Assembly: GCA_965283745.1 (NCBI GenBank)
Contig: CBDIPM010000011.1
Span: forward strand, 151 to 64,150
Direction: 5' to 3'
Source: Caulobacteraceae bacterium
Lineage (GTDB): Bacteria; Pseudomonadota; Alphaproteobacteria; Caulobacterales; Caulobacteraceae
Length of the DNA stretch: 64,000 bases
The translations under genes were made by a program, and so were the position numbers. Shown piece after piece: positions 35,436-49,323 of the stretch. The notes under the pieces were generated by a model. It saw only the letters and a list, made by a program, of their open reading frames with translations, made no database searches and was not told the origin of the DNA. The first letter of the stretch is position 1. The number at the start of each line of letters is the position of its first letter.

Positions 35436-36617
35436 ATGTTCTCAAAAAAATCGCTCGCCCGTCCCGTTGTCGAGTCCGCGCCGAGTCCGCTCGCGCGCGC
35501 GCAGGCCCTTGCGCTCGGCGCGGCGCAGAATCCGTACATCTCGGCCGGCGGCGCGGGGCTGCTGTTCCTGACCACCCTGGCCGTGCTGATCATGATCACC
35601 GGAGATCCCAAGGCCGGCGCGCCGGTGGTGCGCATCTCCCTGGCCCAGGCCGCCGCCAGCGGCGTCGAGGTGCCGGGCTGGCGCGAGGCCCTGGCCCCGG
35701 AGACCGACGGCGAGGCGACGGTCAGCACGGGCTTCTACTCGCTCTCCGAAGACCCGATGTCCTTCGCCGCGACCGGCCCTATCCAGGGCTCGGCGGTGAT
35801 CACCCTGCCCGGCGGCGGTGTGGCAGAGGGCGGCGGCGCGGCCAGCGCCCTGCCCATCGCCCCGCTGGCCGGCCTGACCGCGCCGGGGCCGGGCGGCGCG
35901 CCGCTGCCCGTCATCGGCCCGGGCGGCCAGACGCCGGCCAAGGCCTATGCCCGCCCGTTCACGCCGAACGGCAAGCCCCGTGTGGCGCTTGTTGTCGGGG
36001 GGCTGGGCCTCAACGCCGCCCTGACCCGCCGGGCCATCGAGACCCTACCCCCGGAAGTGACCCTGTCATTCGCTCCGTATGCGGAGGGACTACAGGGCTG
36101 GATCGACATGGCCCGGGCCAACGGCCATGAGGTGCTGCTCGAAGCGCCGATGGAGCCGACGGACTATCCGTCCAATGACCCCGGCCCGATGACCCTGCTG
36201 GCCGCCAGCCAGCCGGCCGAGACGATCCGCAAGCTGGAGTGGCTGCTGTCGCGCGCGACCGGCTACTTCGGCGTGACCAACTACCTCGGCTCCCGCTTCA
36301 TGACCACGCCGGCGGCGATGAACGGCTTCACCGGCGCCCTGCGCCAGCGGGGCCTCGCCTTCATCGATGACGGCAGCGCCGGGCGGTCCGCCGGCGCGCT
36401 GCGCGCCTCGGCCGACCGGGTGGTCGACGACGACCTGTCCGCCGAAGCCATCAACCGCCAACTGACCCTGCTGGAGGCCGCCGCCCGGTCGAAAGGCCAG
36501 GCGCTGGGTTCGGGCTTCGCCTATCCGGTCACCGTCGATGAGGCTGCCCGCTGGGCCCAGGGTCTGTCGGACCGAGGCTTCCAGCTCGCGCCGGCCTCGG
36601 CGCTGGTCAAGTCGTGA
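35436..36617 (+). CDS. Divergent polysaccharide deacetylase family protein (YibQ-like)
   Basis: LPPEVTLSFAPY, GHEVLLEAPMEP, GVTNYLGSRF, FIDDGS; N-terminal TM segment. Confidence 0.9.
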   Translation: MFSKKSLARPVVESAPSPLARAQALALGAAQNPYISAGGAGLLFLTTLAVLIMITGDPKAGAPVVRISLAQAAASGVEVPGWREALAPETDGEATVSTGFYSLSEDPMSFAATGPIQGSAVITLPGGGVAEGGGAASALPIAPLAGLTAPGPGGAPLPVIGPGGQTPAKAYARPFTPNGKPRVALVVGGLGLNAALTRRAIETLPPEVTLSFAPYAEGLQGWIDMARANGHEVLLEAPMEPTDYPSNDPGPMTLLAASQPAETIRKLEWLLSRATGYFGVTNYLGSRFMTTPAAMNGFTGALRQRGLAFIDDGSAGRSAGALRASADRVVDDDLSAEAINRQLTLLEAAARSKGQALGSGFAYPVTVDEAARWAQGLSDRGFQLAPASALVKS

Positions 36618-37087
36618 ACGATCCGCATCCGGAGCATAGGCCGAACGTCGGCGTGGTGCTGTTCAACGGCGAAGGACGGGTCTGGCTGGGCCGCCGCGCC
36701 CGCACGCCCGAGCCGTGGAACTGGCAGTTCCCGCAGGGCGGGGTCGACGACGGCGAGGATCTGCTGGACGCCGCCCTCCGCGAGCTCGAGGAAGAGACCG
36801 GCGCACGATCAGCCGAACTGCTGGGACGGACCGAGGGCTGGATCGTCTACGACTTCCCGCCGGAGGTGGCCGCCCGGGGCGGTCCCTGGCGCGGCCAGAA
36901 GCAGGTCTGGTTCGCCTTCCGCTTCACCGGCGAGGAAACGGAATTCCGGCTGGACGGCCATCATCAGGTGGAGTTCGAGGCCTGGCGCTGGGCGCGGCTC
37001 GACGAAGCCCCCGAACTGATCGTACCCTTCAAGCGGGCGGCCTATGAACAGGTCGCCACGGCCTTCAGGCGGTTCGCCGGGTCCTGA
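36614..37087 (+). CDS. rppH: RNA pyrophosphohydrolase
   Basis: RPNVG, WQFPQGG, Nudix box RELEEETG, GQKQVWF. Confidence 0.94.
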   Translation: MNDPHPEHRPNVGVVLFNGEGRVWLGRRARTPEPWNWQFPQGGVDDGEDLLDAALRELEEETGARSAELLGRTEGWIVYDFPPEVAARGGPWRGQKQVWFAFRFTGEETEFRLDGHHQVEFEAWRWARLDEAPELIVPFKRAAYEQVATAFRRFAGS

Positions 37088-37138
37088 GGCGCGGGGGATC
37101 CGCGCCCTCGAACCGGCCCGGCTCTCACGGAGACGACA

Positions 37139-38425
37139 ATGACCACGATCATCATGGTGCATGGCGTAGGCGGCACGGCCGATGCGTACTCCCGACTGGC
37201 CCCGGCCTTCCGCGACCTGGGCTGGAAGGTCGAGACGCCCACTCTACGCCCCGACAAGCGCACGGCCGAGAACCCGCCGGCCGACCTGCACAAGCTGCGG
37301 CTCAAGGACTACGTCGACGACATCGAGGCCCTGGCCCGCGAGGTCGAGGCCGCCGACGGTGTGGCGCCAGTGTTGTTCGGCCACTCCATGGGCGGGCTGA
37401 TCGTGCAGAAGGTGGCCGAACGCGGCGCGGGACGGGCGGCGGTGCTGCTGACCCCGGCCTCGCCGGCTGACGTCCACAGCCCCGCGTCTCTTGCCCAGGC
37501 CTTCACCTTCGCCAACGTCCTGTTCAGCGGCAAGGTCGACGCCAAGGGCCACAAGATCTGGAAGACGGGCTTCTCCTGGGGCGTGCTCAACCGCGTTCCG
37601 GCCGCCAAGCACCAGGGCATCTTCGCCGGCACCGTCTACGACAGCGGCGGGGTCTATGCCGACCTCGCCTATCCGGACAAGGACCCGCACCGGATCGCCT
37701 TCATCGACGAGACCAGGATCAGCATCCCGATCCTGACCATCGGCGGCGGCAGGGACCGGGCGACCCCGATCGCGGGCGTCCGCAAGGTGGGCGAGAAGTA
37801 CGCCCGCGTCGGCGGCGACTATCGCGAGTACGCCGACAACGCCCACTGGATCGTCGACGAACCCGGCACCGACCAGGTCATCGCCGACATCGCCGCCTGG
37901 CTGACCGGCAGGGGCGTCACGGCGACGAAGGCCGCTCCGGCCGCTGCAGCGGCGAAGCCGGCCGCCAAGGCCCCTGCGAAGGCCGCGGCGAAGCCGGCTC
38001 CGGCGGAGACGGTCGTGAAGAGCGCGCCCACCAAGACGAAGGCCGCGCCCGCTCCCAAGGTCACAGCGGCCAAGGCCCCCGTCGCCAGTGTCCCAGCGAA
38101 GGCGGCGCCGGCCAAGGCGGCGAAGTCGACGAAGGCCAAACCCGCAGCGGCTCCCGCCGAGACTCCCGCCGCCAAGAGCGCCCCGCCGAAGGCCGCCAAG
38201 CCGACGGCCAAGGCTCCGGCCAAGGTCGCAACAAAGGCCAAGGCCGCCCCGGCCAAACCGGCCGCCAAGGTCGCGCCCGCGATAGCCGCCAGGGCGCCCA
38301 CTAAACCCGCTCCGGCAAAGCCCGCACCCGCCAAGGCGCCGGCCAAGGCCACGACCGCGCCCAAGCCTGCGGCGAAAGCGGCCGCGACGGCCAAAACACC
38401 TGTTCGCAAGCCCAAATCCAAGTAA
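37139..38425 (+). CDS. Alpha/beta hydrolase with ~165-aa Ala/Lys/Pro-rich C-terminal tail
   Basis: HG, GHSMGG nucleophile elbow, D(RAT), H(WI); AAKP/APAK repeats from ~37920. Confidence 0.88.
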   Translation: MTTIIMVHGVGGTADAYSRLAPAFRDLGWKVETPTLRPDKRTAENPPADLHKLRLKDYVDDIEALAREVEAADGVAPVLFGHSMGGLIVQKVAERGAGRAAVLLTPASPADVHSPASLAQAFTFANVLFSGKVDAKGHKIWKTGFSWGVLNRVPAAKHQGIFAGTVYDSGGVYADLAYPDKDPHRIAFIDETRISIPILTIGGGRDRATPIAGVRKVGEKYARVGGDYREYADNAHWIVDEPGTDQVIADIAAWLTGRGVTATKAAPAAAAAKPAAKAPAKAAAKPAPAETVVKSAPTKTKAAPAPKVTAAKAPVASVPAKAAPAKAAKSTKAKPAAAPAETPAAKSAPPKAAKPTAKAPAKVATKAKAAPAKPAAKVAPAIAARAPTKPAPAKPAPAKAPAKATTAPKPAAKAAATAKTPVRKPKSK

Positions 38426-38489
38426 GGTTCGGGGCGAACGGACAAGGCGGCGCCAGGCAGCGCCGCCGCCGTATCGAGCAAGGGGAATC

Positions 38490-39239
38490 ATGCCAGCGCC
38501 TGTCGTCCTGGTGCACGGCGCCTTCTGTGGCGGCTGGGTCTTTGAACGCTTTCGCGAGCCGTTCGAGGCCGCCGGTCACGTCGTCCTGAGCCCCGATCTG
38601 CGCGGCCATGGTCCCGGCGGGTCGACCGCGGGCGTGGGGATGCGCGACTACGCGAGCGACGTCGCCGCCCTGTGCAAGGCCCTGCCCGAGCCCCCGATCC
38701 TGATCGGCCATTCCATGGGCGGTCTGGTCGCCCAGCTGGCCGCCGCCAACGCCCCGCTGCACTCGCTGATCCTGCTGGCCCCGTCGCCGCCCTGGGGCGT
38801 CAGCGGCAGCAGCATGGAGGAGGCCGTCAGCGCCATGAGCCTCTACGCGCTGGGGCCGTTCTGGCTGCAGGCGATTGACCCCGACTACGCGCTGGCCAAG
38901 CGGTTCAGCCTCGACCGCATGGCCCGGGAGGAACGGCGCGCCGTGTTCGCCCGCATGGTGCCCGAGAGCGGGCTGGCCCTGTGGCAGACGCTGAACTGGT
39001 GGCTGGACCCGTTCATGACCACCTCGGTTGGCCGCGTCGCCGCGCCGGCGCTGGTCGTGGCCGGCGGCAAGGACGTCATCCACCCCCCGGCGACGGCGCG
39101 ACAGACCGCCCAGCGGCTTGGCGCCGGCTTCGAGACCCTGCCCCAGATGAGCCACTGGATTCCGGGCGAACCGGGCTGGGATGAAGCCGCCACCCTGTGC
39201 CTCGACTGGCTGGCCGGTCGCGACCAGGCGGCCGCCTGA
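38490..39239 (+). CDS. Alpha/beta hydrolase (tandem homolog without the tail)
   Basis: LVHGAF, DLRGHG, GHSMGG, D(VI), H(WI). Confidence 0.9.
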   Translation: MPAPVVLVHGAFCGGWVFERFREPFEAAGHVVLSPDLRGHGPGGSTAGVGMRDYASDVAALCKALPEPPILIGHSMGGLVAQLAAANAPLHSLILLAPSPPWGVSGSSMEEAVSAMSLYALGPFWLQAIDPDYALAKRFSLDRMAREERRAVFARMVPESGLALWQTLNWWLDPFMTTSVGRVAAPALVVAGGKDVIHPPATARQTAQRLGAGFETLPQMSHWIPGEPGWDEAATLCLDWLAGRDQAAA

Positions 39240-39348
39240 GCGGTCCCGGCCGAGCCCTGACCCGACAAGTTTATCGGACGGGTTTGACGGCCTCTGTTAC
39301 AGCACTGGGGTGGACGCCGCGTGGCCTCCGCGCGTGGAGACCGAGCCG

Positions 39349-39603
39349 ATGACCCCTGCCGAGGCCGCGCTGACGCTCTCCGAAGGCCAGCTGGAGGCGC
39401 TGCGCAATCTCGAGCGCAAGCATGCCGGCGCGGACGTCGACTGGATCCGCATTTCCGATGCTGTGTCGCTGACCGAACTGGGCCTGGCGCTGCGTAACCG
39501 CGAGGGCTGGGTGATCACCCCGGCCGGCCTGCAGGCGCTGGACGCGCTCCAGCCGGGCGGCCCGCCCCGCGCCGACCCCGACGCGCCCGTGCCGATCCGC
39601 TAG
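39349..39603 (+). CDS. Small hypothetical protein, possible winged-helix fold
   Basis: RBS ggag; LTELGLA..WVITPAG pattern resembles a wHTH wing. Confidence 0.65.
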   Translation: MTPAEAALTLSEGQLEALRNLERKHAGADVDWIRISDAVSLTELGLALRNREGWVITPAGLQALDALQPGGPPRADPDAPVPIR

Positions 39604-39932
39604 CCGGGCGCTCCTGGCGGCGAGAACAGCTTCAGCCCCAGGATTCCGGCCACGATCAGGCACAGGCAGACCAGCCGCGCCGCCGTGGCCGGCTCCTTCA
39701 GCACCAGGATGCCGAACACAGCCGTGCCCACCGCCCCGATGCCGGTCCAGACCGCATAGGCGGTGCCCAGCGGCAGGGTCTTCAACGCCCAGCCCAGCAT
39801 CGCCATGGACATGACCAGGCTGACGCCGGTGCCGACCGTCGGCCAAAGGCGGGTGAACCCTTCGGTGTATTTGAGACCCACCGCCCAGCCGACCTCGAAC
39901 AGGCCGGCGACGAACAGGATGATCCAGGCCAT
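39600..39932 (-). CDS. sugE: SMR-family guanidinium exporter Gdx/SugE
   Basis: [42 protein letters not shown]. Confidence 0.95.
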   Translation of the reverse strand: MAWIILFVAGLFEVGWAVGLKYTEGFTRLWPTVGTGVSLVMSMAMLGWALKTLPLGTAYAVWTGIGAVGTAVFGILVLKEPATAARLVCLCLIVAGILGLKLFSPPGAPG

Positions 39933-39953
39933 GACCACAGGCTCCGTGGTGAT

Positions 39954-40005
39954 GACAGGGTCGTCCCCGTCGGGTGGAAACGCCGGCCGGGTCGTCCCGG
40001 CCGGC
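39954..40005 (-). ncRNA. Guanidine-II (mini-ykkC) riboswitch
   Basis: Two hairpins with ACGA loops, gccggccggg-ACGA-cccggccggc and gacgggg-ACGA-ccctgtc, with a 10-nt linker, directly before the GGAG RBS of gdx. Confidence 0.9.
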
Positions 40006-40013
40006 TCCGGGAC

Positions 40014-40679
40014 CTACTGGCCGCCGGTCTTGTAGAGGCTGTAGAGCAGCTCGGCCCGGTCGGCCTTGCTCGACAGCGGCGCGCCGTTGGGCTTGCGGAC
40101 CGTCACCAGCACCACCGCCTCAAGCTCGGTCTCGCCGCGCATTTCCCACGACCGGGTGGTGCGGTCCATGTCGGTCAGGATCTGGTCGTTGCGGTACAGG
40201 TCCCAGCCCTTGCCCATCGCCCAGTTGTGCAGGTCGACGATCACCGGGGTGATGCCGTTGATCGGATGGTCGAGCGTCACGCTGCAGACCTGCGGATTGG
40301 TGCCGGGAGGGGCGATCGAGATCTGGTAGCCCTTGGCGTACGACTTGACCCACATGTCGCGCTTCATCTTGAAGCCGGCCGCCGTGGCCAGGGCCTTCAT
40401 GTCGCCGCCGCGCACGCTTTGGGCGCAGACGCGGGTCAGCACGTCGAGGACGGCCAGCGAGGTGACGTCGGTGGGGACCGGCGGCGGAGCCGGCGGGGCC
40501 TCGACGACCGGCGGCGCCTCCACGGCGGGTACGGGAGCGGGTGCCGGAGCCGGAGCGGCGTCCGTGGCGGGGGCCGGGACCCATCCGGCCGGCGGAGTCT
40601 GGGTGTCCTGGGCGAAGGCGGCCGTGGCGAAGACCGCCGCGGCGGTCAGACCCAGAAGCGCGGGGCTACGCATGTTCAT
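40014..40679 (-). CDS. Hypothetical exported protein with Pro-rich linker
   Basis: Signal peptide ending AFA-Q; two Cys; host-like codon usage. Confidence 0.75.
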   Translation of the reverse strand: MNMRSPALLGLTAAAVFATAAFAQDTQTPPAGWVPAPATDAAPAPAPAPVPAVEAPPVVEAPPAPPPVPTDVTSLAVLDVLTRVCAQSVRGGDMKALATAAGFKMKRDMWVKSYAKGYQISIAPPGTNPQVCSVTLDHPINGITPVIVDLHNWAMGKGWDLYRNDQILTDMDRTTRSWEMRGETELEAVVLVTVRKPNGAPLSSKADRAELLYSLYKTGGQ

Positions 40680-40767
40680 CACATCCCTAATGCTGTCGAG
40701 CGGCACTAAAGACCGCCCGGTGGTCCCTCGCAAGCCGTTCTTGACGCAGCTTTACGGCGGGATGAGG

Positions 40768-41033
40768 TCAGGTCGAGGCTTCGACCGCGTGTTCGGCCAG
40801 AATGGTCAGGCCTTGGGCATTCACGTCGGCGAAGCCGCCGTGGATCTGGAAGGCGCGGGTCTGCGAACCGTTCACGACCGTGACCACGCCTTCGCGCAGC
40901 GCGGTCATGAACGGCGCATGGCCGGCCAGCACGCCGAAGTCGCCTTCGGCGCCGGGGGCGTCGACACGGTCGACCTCCCCCGAGAACACCTCACGCTCCG
41001 GCGCGACCAGCGAAAAGTGGAGCTTGTCGGCCA

Positions 41034-41034
<1 letters not shown>
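40768..41034 (-). CDS. atpC: ATP synthase epsilon subunit (N-terminal domain only, 88 aa)
   Basis: FSLVAPER, EGDFGVLAGHAP, GGFADV, TILAE. Confidence 0.93.
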
Positions 41035-43522
<2,488 letters not shown>

Positions 43523-43552
43523 CGAGGGCTACTCTCTCCCGCTCGGCCGGTG

Positions 43553-45648
<2,096 letters not shown>

Positions 45649-45844
45649 TTGAATCCAACCGTCCGGTGCGTCGCGCGCCGCGTCCCGGAAGTGCATTCCC
45701 GGCGCGGCGCTAAAGTCTTGAAAGTGCTTGGAAAAGCACATGTGCCAGCGGGCCGTATAAGTCCACCGGCCCTAAGCCGCGCGCCTGATAGCATGCGTTC
45801 TGTTGCATCGCAACGGCGGCACGCGACCAGAAAGCAGCCTTCCC

Positions 45845-46099
45845 CTACGTCTCCCGCACGCGGAACACGCCTGAAGCGCTCGCGGCGCGTCGGCCGTCGG
45901 CCAACACCGCCTCGCCGTGTACGAAGATCAGGCTCCGCGTCGCGCGGTCGACCCGGGCGGCGACCGTGGTCGTCGAGGCGTCGCCGCCCGCGCCGTAGTC
46001 GAGGGTGAAGGAGACGGGCGCCACCGGGCGGCCATCACCGCCGGCGGCGTCGGCCAGCGCCTTTTCGAGGGCGCCGGCCAGGGAGGAAGTGTCGGTCAT
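45845..46099 (-). CDS. Small hypothetical protein, possible hotdog-fold fragment
   Basis: VSFTLDY..ARVDRATRSLIFVHGE..ASASGVF; RBS aaggag. Confidence 0.65.
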   Translation of the reverse strand: MTDTSSLAGALEKALADAAGGDGRPVAPVSFTLDYGAGGDASTTTVAARVDRATRSLIFVHGEAVLADGRRAASASGVFRVRET

Positions 46100-46127
46100 G
46101 GCGCGCTCCTTAAGGCCATCCGCCCGG

Positions 46128-46166
46128 AAAAGAAAAGGGCGGCGGTTCGTTGACCGCCGCCCTTGC
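46128..46166 (-). terminator. Rho-independent terminator of the small secreted protein gene
   Basis: Minus strand aagggcggcggt-caacga-accgccgccctt followed by ttctttt. Confidence 0.8.
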
Positions 46167-46234
46167 ACATTTGGCGAGTTGCTCGAGGAAACACCGGGCA
46201 GGTACGCGCCCGGGATACTGAAAGGTCGTCTCTC

Positions 46235-46549
46235 CTAGGAGGCGACGGCGTTGCAGGTGGCCAGATCGTCGCCTTCGATGGCGCGCATGGCGTTGGAGAA
46301 GGCGGTCAGTTCGCCGACCTTCTTCACCAGGGCCTTGCAGCCGGCGACCGTGACGGCGCGGGTCGGCGCGGCCAGCGAGATGCAGGTGGAGCCTTCGCAG
46401 TTGTAGACGGCGCCGGCCACGACAACCTTGGTCTTGGCGGCGACGGGGGCCTTCAGGGTGGCGGTGGCGACGGCCTTGACGTCGGCCTGGGCCACACCGG
46501 CGAAGGACAGGGACAGGACGGCGGCAGCCGCCAGCATACGGAGTTTCAT
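46235..46549 (-). CDS. Small secreted 4-Cys protein (resembles the CC_3452-like family, from recall)
   Basis: Signal peptide ending AQA; CEGSTC, C.ALVKKVG, terminal CN. Confidence 0.8.
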   Translation of the reverse strand: MKLRMLAAAAVLSLSFAGVAQADVKAVATATLKAPVAAKTKVVVAGAVYNCEGSTCISLAAPTRAVTVAGCKALVKKVGELTAFSNAMRAIEGDDLATCNAVAS

Positions 46550-46750
46550 GGTGCGCTTTCCGGCGAGTTTCGGGGTGGAGTTTTCTGGTCTTGGATCGGG
46601 TACTCAACGCGCCGAGCTCATCCCGTAGTTCCGGCCGCCGGTATCCCCACCAGCGCCGCACGACGAACTTAGCAATGCTTAGATATCAGCGGTAACCCAG
46701 ATCGCGCAAGCGTTATCTTCACAGTGTTCAGATTTTTCTGCGAACCGGTC

Positions 46751-47167
46751 TCAGCGCTTGAGGATGGCGTCCAGTCGCTCGCGGGCCGCGGAATGCACGT
46801 CACGGTCCGTCACCATGTCCATGGAGCGAAGGCCATTGCGGCGACCGCCGGTGTCGTCGGAGGGAAGCCAGAAGGCGTCGGTGGAATCCTTGCGGATCAC
46901 CGACCAGGCCACCGCGGCGAGCAGCGTGCCGGTCCCGGCGGCGGCCATGACCGGCCAGATCCCGTGCACCCCCGCGAAGGTGATGTAGTCGAGGACCTCC
47001 CGCACATCCGCCTCGTTGGGTCGTCCCTCGGCCAGGCGGCCGACGAAGGCCAGGACGAGGTGCACGGCGCCGGAAACCGACAGCCCGATCGCCAGCGCGA
47101 ACAGCCGCGGCTGGACATACAGGCCGACGAAGGCTCCCAGGATGGCTGCGGCGACGATCAGGACCAT
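46751..47167 (-). CDS. Hypothetical membrane protein (3 TM segments)
   Basis: Hydrophobic segments and host-like codon usage. Confidence 0.7.
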   Translation of the reverse strand: MVLIVAAAILGAFVGLYVQPRLFALAIGLSVSGAVHLVLAFVGRLAEGRPNEADVREVLDYITFAGVHGIWPVMAAAGTGTLLAAVAWSVIRKDSTDAFWLPSDDTGGRRNGLRSMDMVTDRDVHSAARERLDAILKR

Positions 47168-47301
47168 GCCAGACTCTTACGCGCGCTCGTGTGAACAACG
47201 GGTTCACTCGCGGGCGGCTCCTTACGTCGGGTCACGGTTGCCGCGCACGTAAGCAGGGGCATACTGGCGGCCAACCACAAGAAACATAAAGGAGGCGCGC
47301 C

Positions 47302-48642
47302 ATGGATTTCGCCCTGCCCAAGGAGCTCGTCGATTATCTCGCCGAGCTCGACCAGTTCATCGAAGACAAGATCATGCCCCTGCAGCGGCAGGACGATAAC
47401 GACCGGTTCTTCGACCACCGCCGCGAGCACGCCCGCACCGACTGGGACAACGACGGCCTGCCTCGCCACGAGTGGGAAGAGCTGCTGGCCAAGGCCCGCA
47501 AGCTGGCCGACGACGCCGGCCACTACCGCTTCGCCTGGCCCAAGGAAATGGGCGGCAAGGACGGAAGCCAGCTGTGGATGGCGGTCATCCGCGAGCACTT
47601 GGCGGCCAAGGGTCTTGGCCTGTTCAACGACCTGCAGAACGAGCACTCGATCGTCGGCAACAACCCGTTCGTGCTGATGTTCAAGGAATTCGCCACCCCC
47701 GAGCAGGTGGCCCGCGACGGCGACAAGCTGCTGCACGGGACCATGCGCGCGGCCTTCGGCCTGACCGAGCCCAACCACGGTTCGGACGCCACCTTCATGG
47801 AGACCACGGGCGTACCCGAGGTGAAGGACGGCAAGCCCGGCTGGCGCATCAAGGGCGAGAAGATGTGGACGACCGGCATGCACGTGGTCACCCACGTCAT
47901 GGTCTTCGCCCGCACCAGCGGCAAGGACGGCGACGCGCTGGGCATCACCTGCTTCCTGGTCCCGCGCGAGCTGATCAAGATCGAGGAGTGGATGTGGACC
48001 TTCAACATGCCCACCGATCACCCGCGCATCTCGTTCGACTGCTGGATCCCCGAGGATAGCTACTGGGGCCAGATCGACCGCGGCCTGGGCCTTGGCCAGT
48101 CCTTCGTGCACCAGAACCGCATCCGCCAGGCGGCCAGTTCGCTGGGCGCGGCAGTCTACTGCATAGAAGAGAGTGTGAAGTACGCCCGCATGCGCAAGCC
48201 GTTCGGCAAGGCGCTGAGCGACAACCAGGCCATCCAGTTCCCGCTCGTCGAGCTGCACGCCCAGTGCGAGATGCTGCGCCTGCTGATCCGCCAGACCGCC
48301 TGGCAGATGGACACGATGGACCACAAGACCATCGAGCGCGAGATCTCCGACAAGGTGTCGATCTGCAACTACTGGGGCAACCGCCTCTGCTGCGAGGCCG
48401 CTGACCGCGCCATGCAGGTGCACGGCGGCATGGGCTATTCCCGGCACAAGGCCTTCGAGCACATCTATCGCCACCACCGCCGCTACCGCATCACCGAGGG
48501 ATCGGAAGAGATCCAGCAGCGCAAGGTCGCGGCCTTCCTGTTCGGCTACCTCGGCCCGCGCCGCAAGGAGTTCCAGGCCCTGGAAACCGAGTGGGCCGAA
48601 GGCCGCGCCGCCGGCAAGAACGACCGCGTTCTGGGGATGTAG
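47302..48642 (+). CDS. Acyl-CoA dehydrogenase family protein
   Basis: FGLTEP..GSDA, GEKMWTT, R.PFGK.L, AMQVHGGMG, RITEGSEE. Confidence 0.94.
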   Translation: MDFALPKELVDYLAELDQFIEDKIMPLQRQDDNDRFFDHRREHARTDWDNDGLPRHEWEELLAKARKLADDAGHYRFAWPKEMGGKDGSQLWMAVIREHLAAKGLGLFNDLQNEHSIVGNNPFVLMFKEFATPEQVARDGDKLLHGTMRAAFGLTEPNHGSDATFMETTGVPEVKDGKPGWRIKGEKMWTTGMHVVTHVMVFARTSGKDGDALGITCFLVPRELIKIEEWMWTFNMPTDHPRISFDCWIPEDSYWGQIDRGLGLGQSFVHQNRIRQAASSLGAAVYCIEESVKYARMRKPFGKALSDNQAIQFPLVELHAQCEMLRLLIRQTAWQMDTMDHKTIEREISDKVSICNYWGNRLCCEAADRAMQVHGGMGYSRHKAFEHIYRHHRRYRITEGSEEIQQRKVAAFLFGYLGPRRKEFQALETEWAEGRAAGKNDRVLGM

Positions 48643-48647
48643 GACGT

Positions 48648-48700
48648 CTTCCCTCCCCCTTGTGGGGAGGGACAGACCTGCGAAGCAGGTCAGGGTGGGG
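48648..48700. repeat. Half copy of the family A palindromic element
   Basis: cttccctcccccttgtggggaggga..gacctgcgaagcaggtc..ggtgggg; no right arm present. Confidence 0.65.
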
Positions 48701-48739
48701 CAGGTGGTGGCTCCGTTCAGCGCCGGTCGCTGCGGGCCA

Positions 48740-49157
48740 TCATACCTTCCGGCCCTGCAGATGGCCGCCGAGCAGCGTGCAGAGCGGGCCGGTGACCGCC
48801 ACCGCGATCGCATACCACGCCGGGCCGAGATCGGATGCGAGCGAGGCGACCACGCCCAGCCCGCCCAGCATCAGCCCGATGCCGGCCAGCACCAGCACAT
48901 GCTTTCCCGGCGCCGACGGCGCGAGCCGGGCCGTGACCCAGCCACCCATGACCGTGAACAGGCCCCGATAGGCCAGGGCCAGCAGGTACTGCACCGGGTC
49001 TGTCATCGGCTCGCCGGACGGGAAAGACTCCGGTCGCGTGCATCACCATGTCCGCCCCGGTCGACAGCACGACGATGACGACCAGTCCGGCCAGGACGGC
49101 TCCGCTGCTGGCCAGCCATCGGCGGGGCGGGGCGGGCTTGGGGACGTGGGCGGTCAT
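48740..49157 (-). CDS. Small 4-TM membrane protein; apparent frameshift ~49021
   Basis: N-half (GAVLAGLVVIVVLSTGAD..GVFP) and C-half (LLALAYR..TARLAP..LGPAWY) join if a C run is lengthened by 2. Confidence 0.75.
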
Positions 49158-49187
49158 GGCCGTTCTCCATCACGGGGATGTCCCCAG

Positions 49188-49214
49188 GACGTCGCCGGAA
49201 GCCCCAATCCTACA
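49188..49214 (-). promoter_or_regulatory. ECF41/ECF42-like sigma promoter
   Basis: TGTAGGA-N16-CGTC, 30 bp upstream of the ATG at 49157. Confidence 0.45.
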
Positions 49215-49323
49215 AACGTTCGAGTTTTCCGCAAGTCCTGACCTCACTGGGAGGATGCGGGAGCGACCGGACACACATATATGTTCTGCGCGGCCCATCG
49301 AGGGCCGCCTCAAGGGGCCATCC

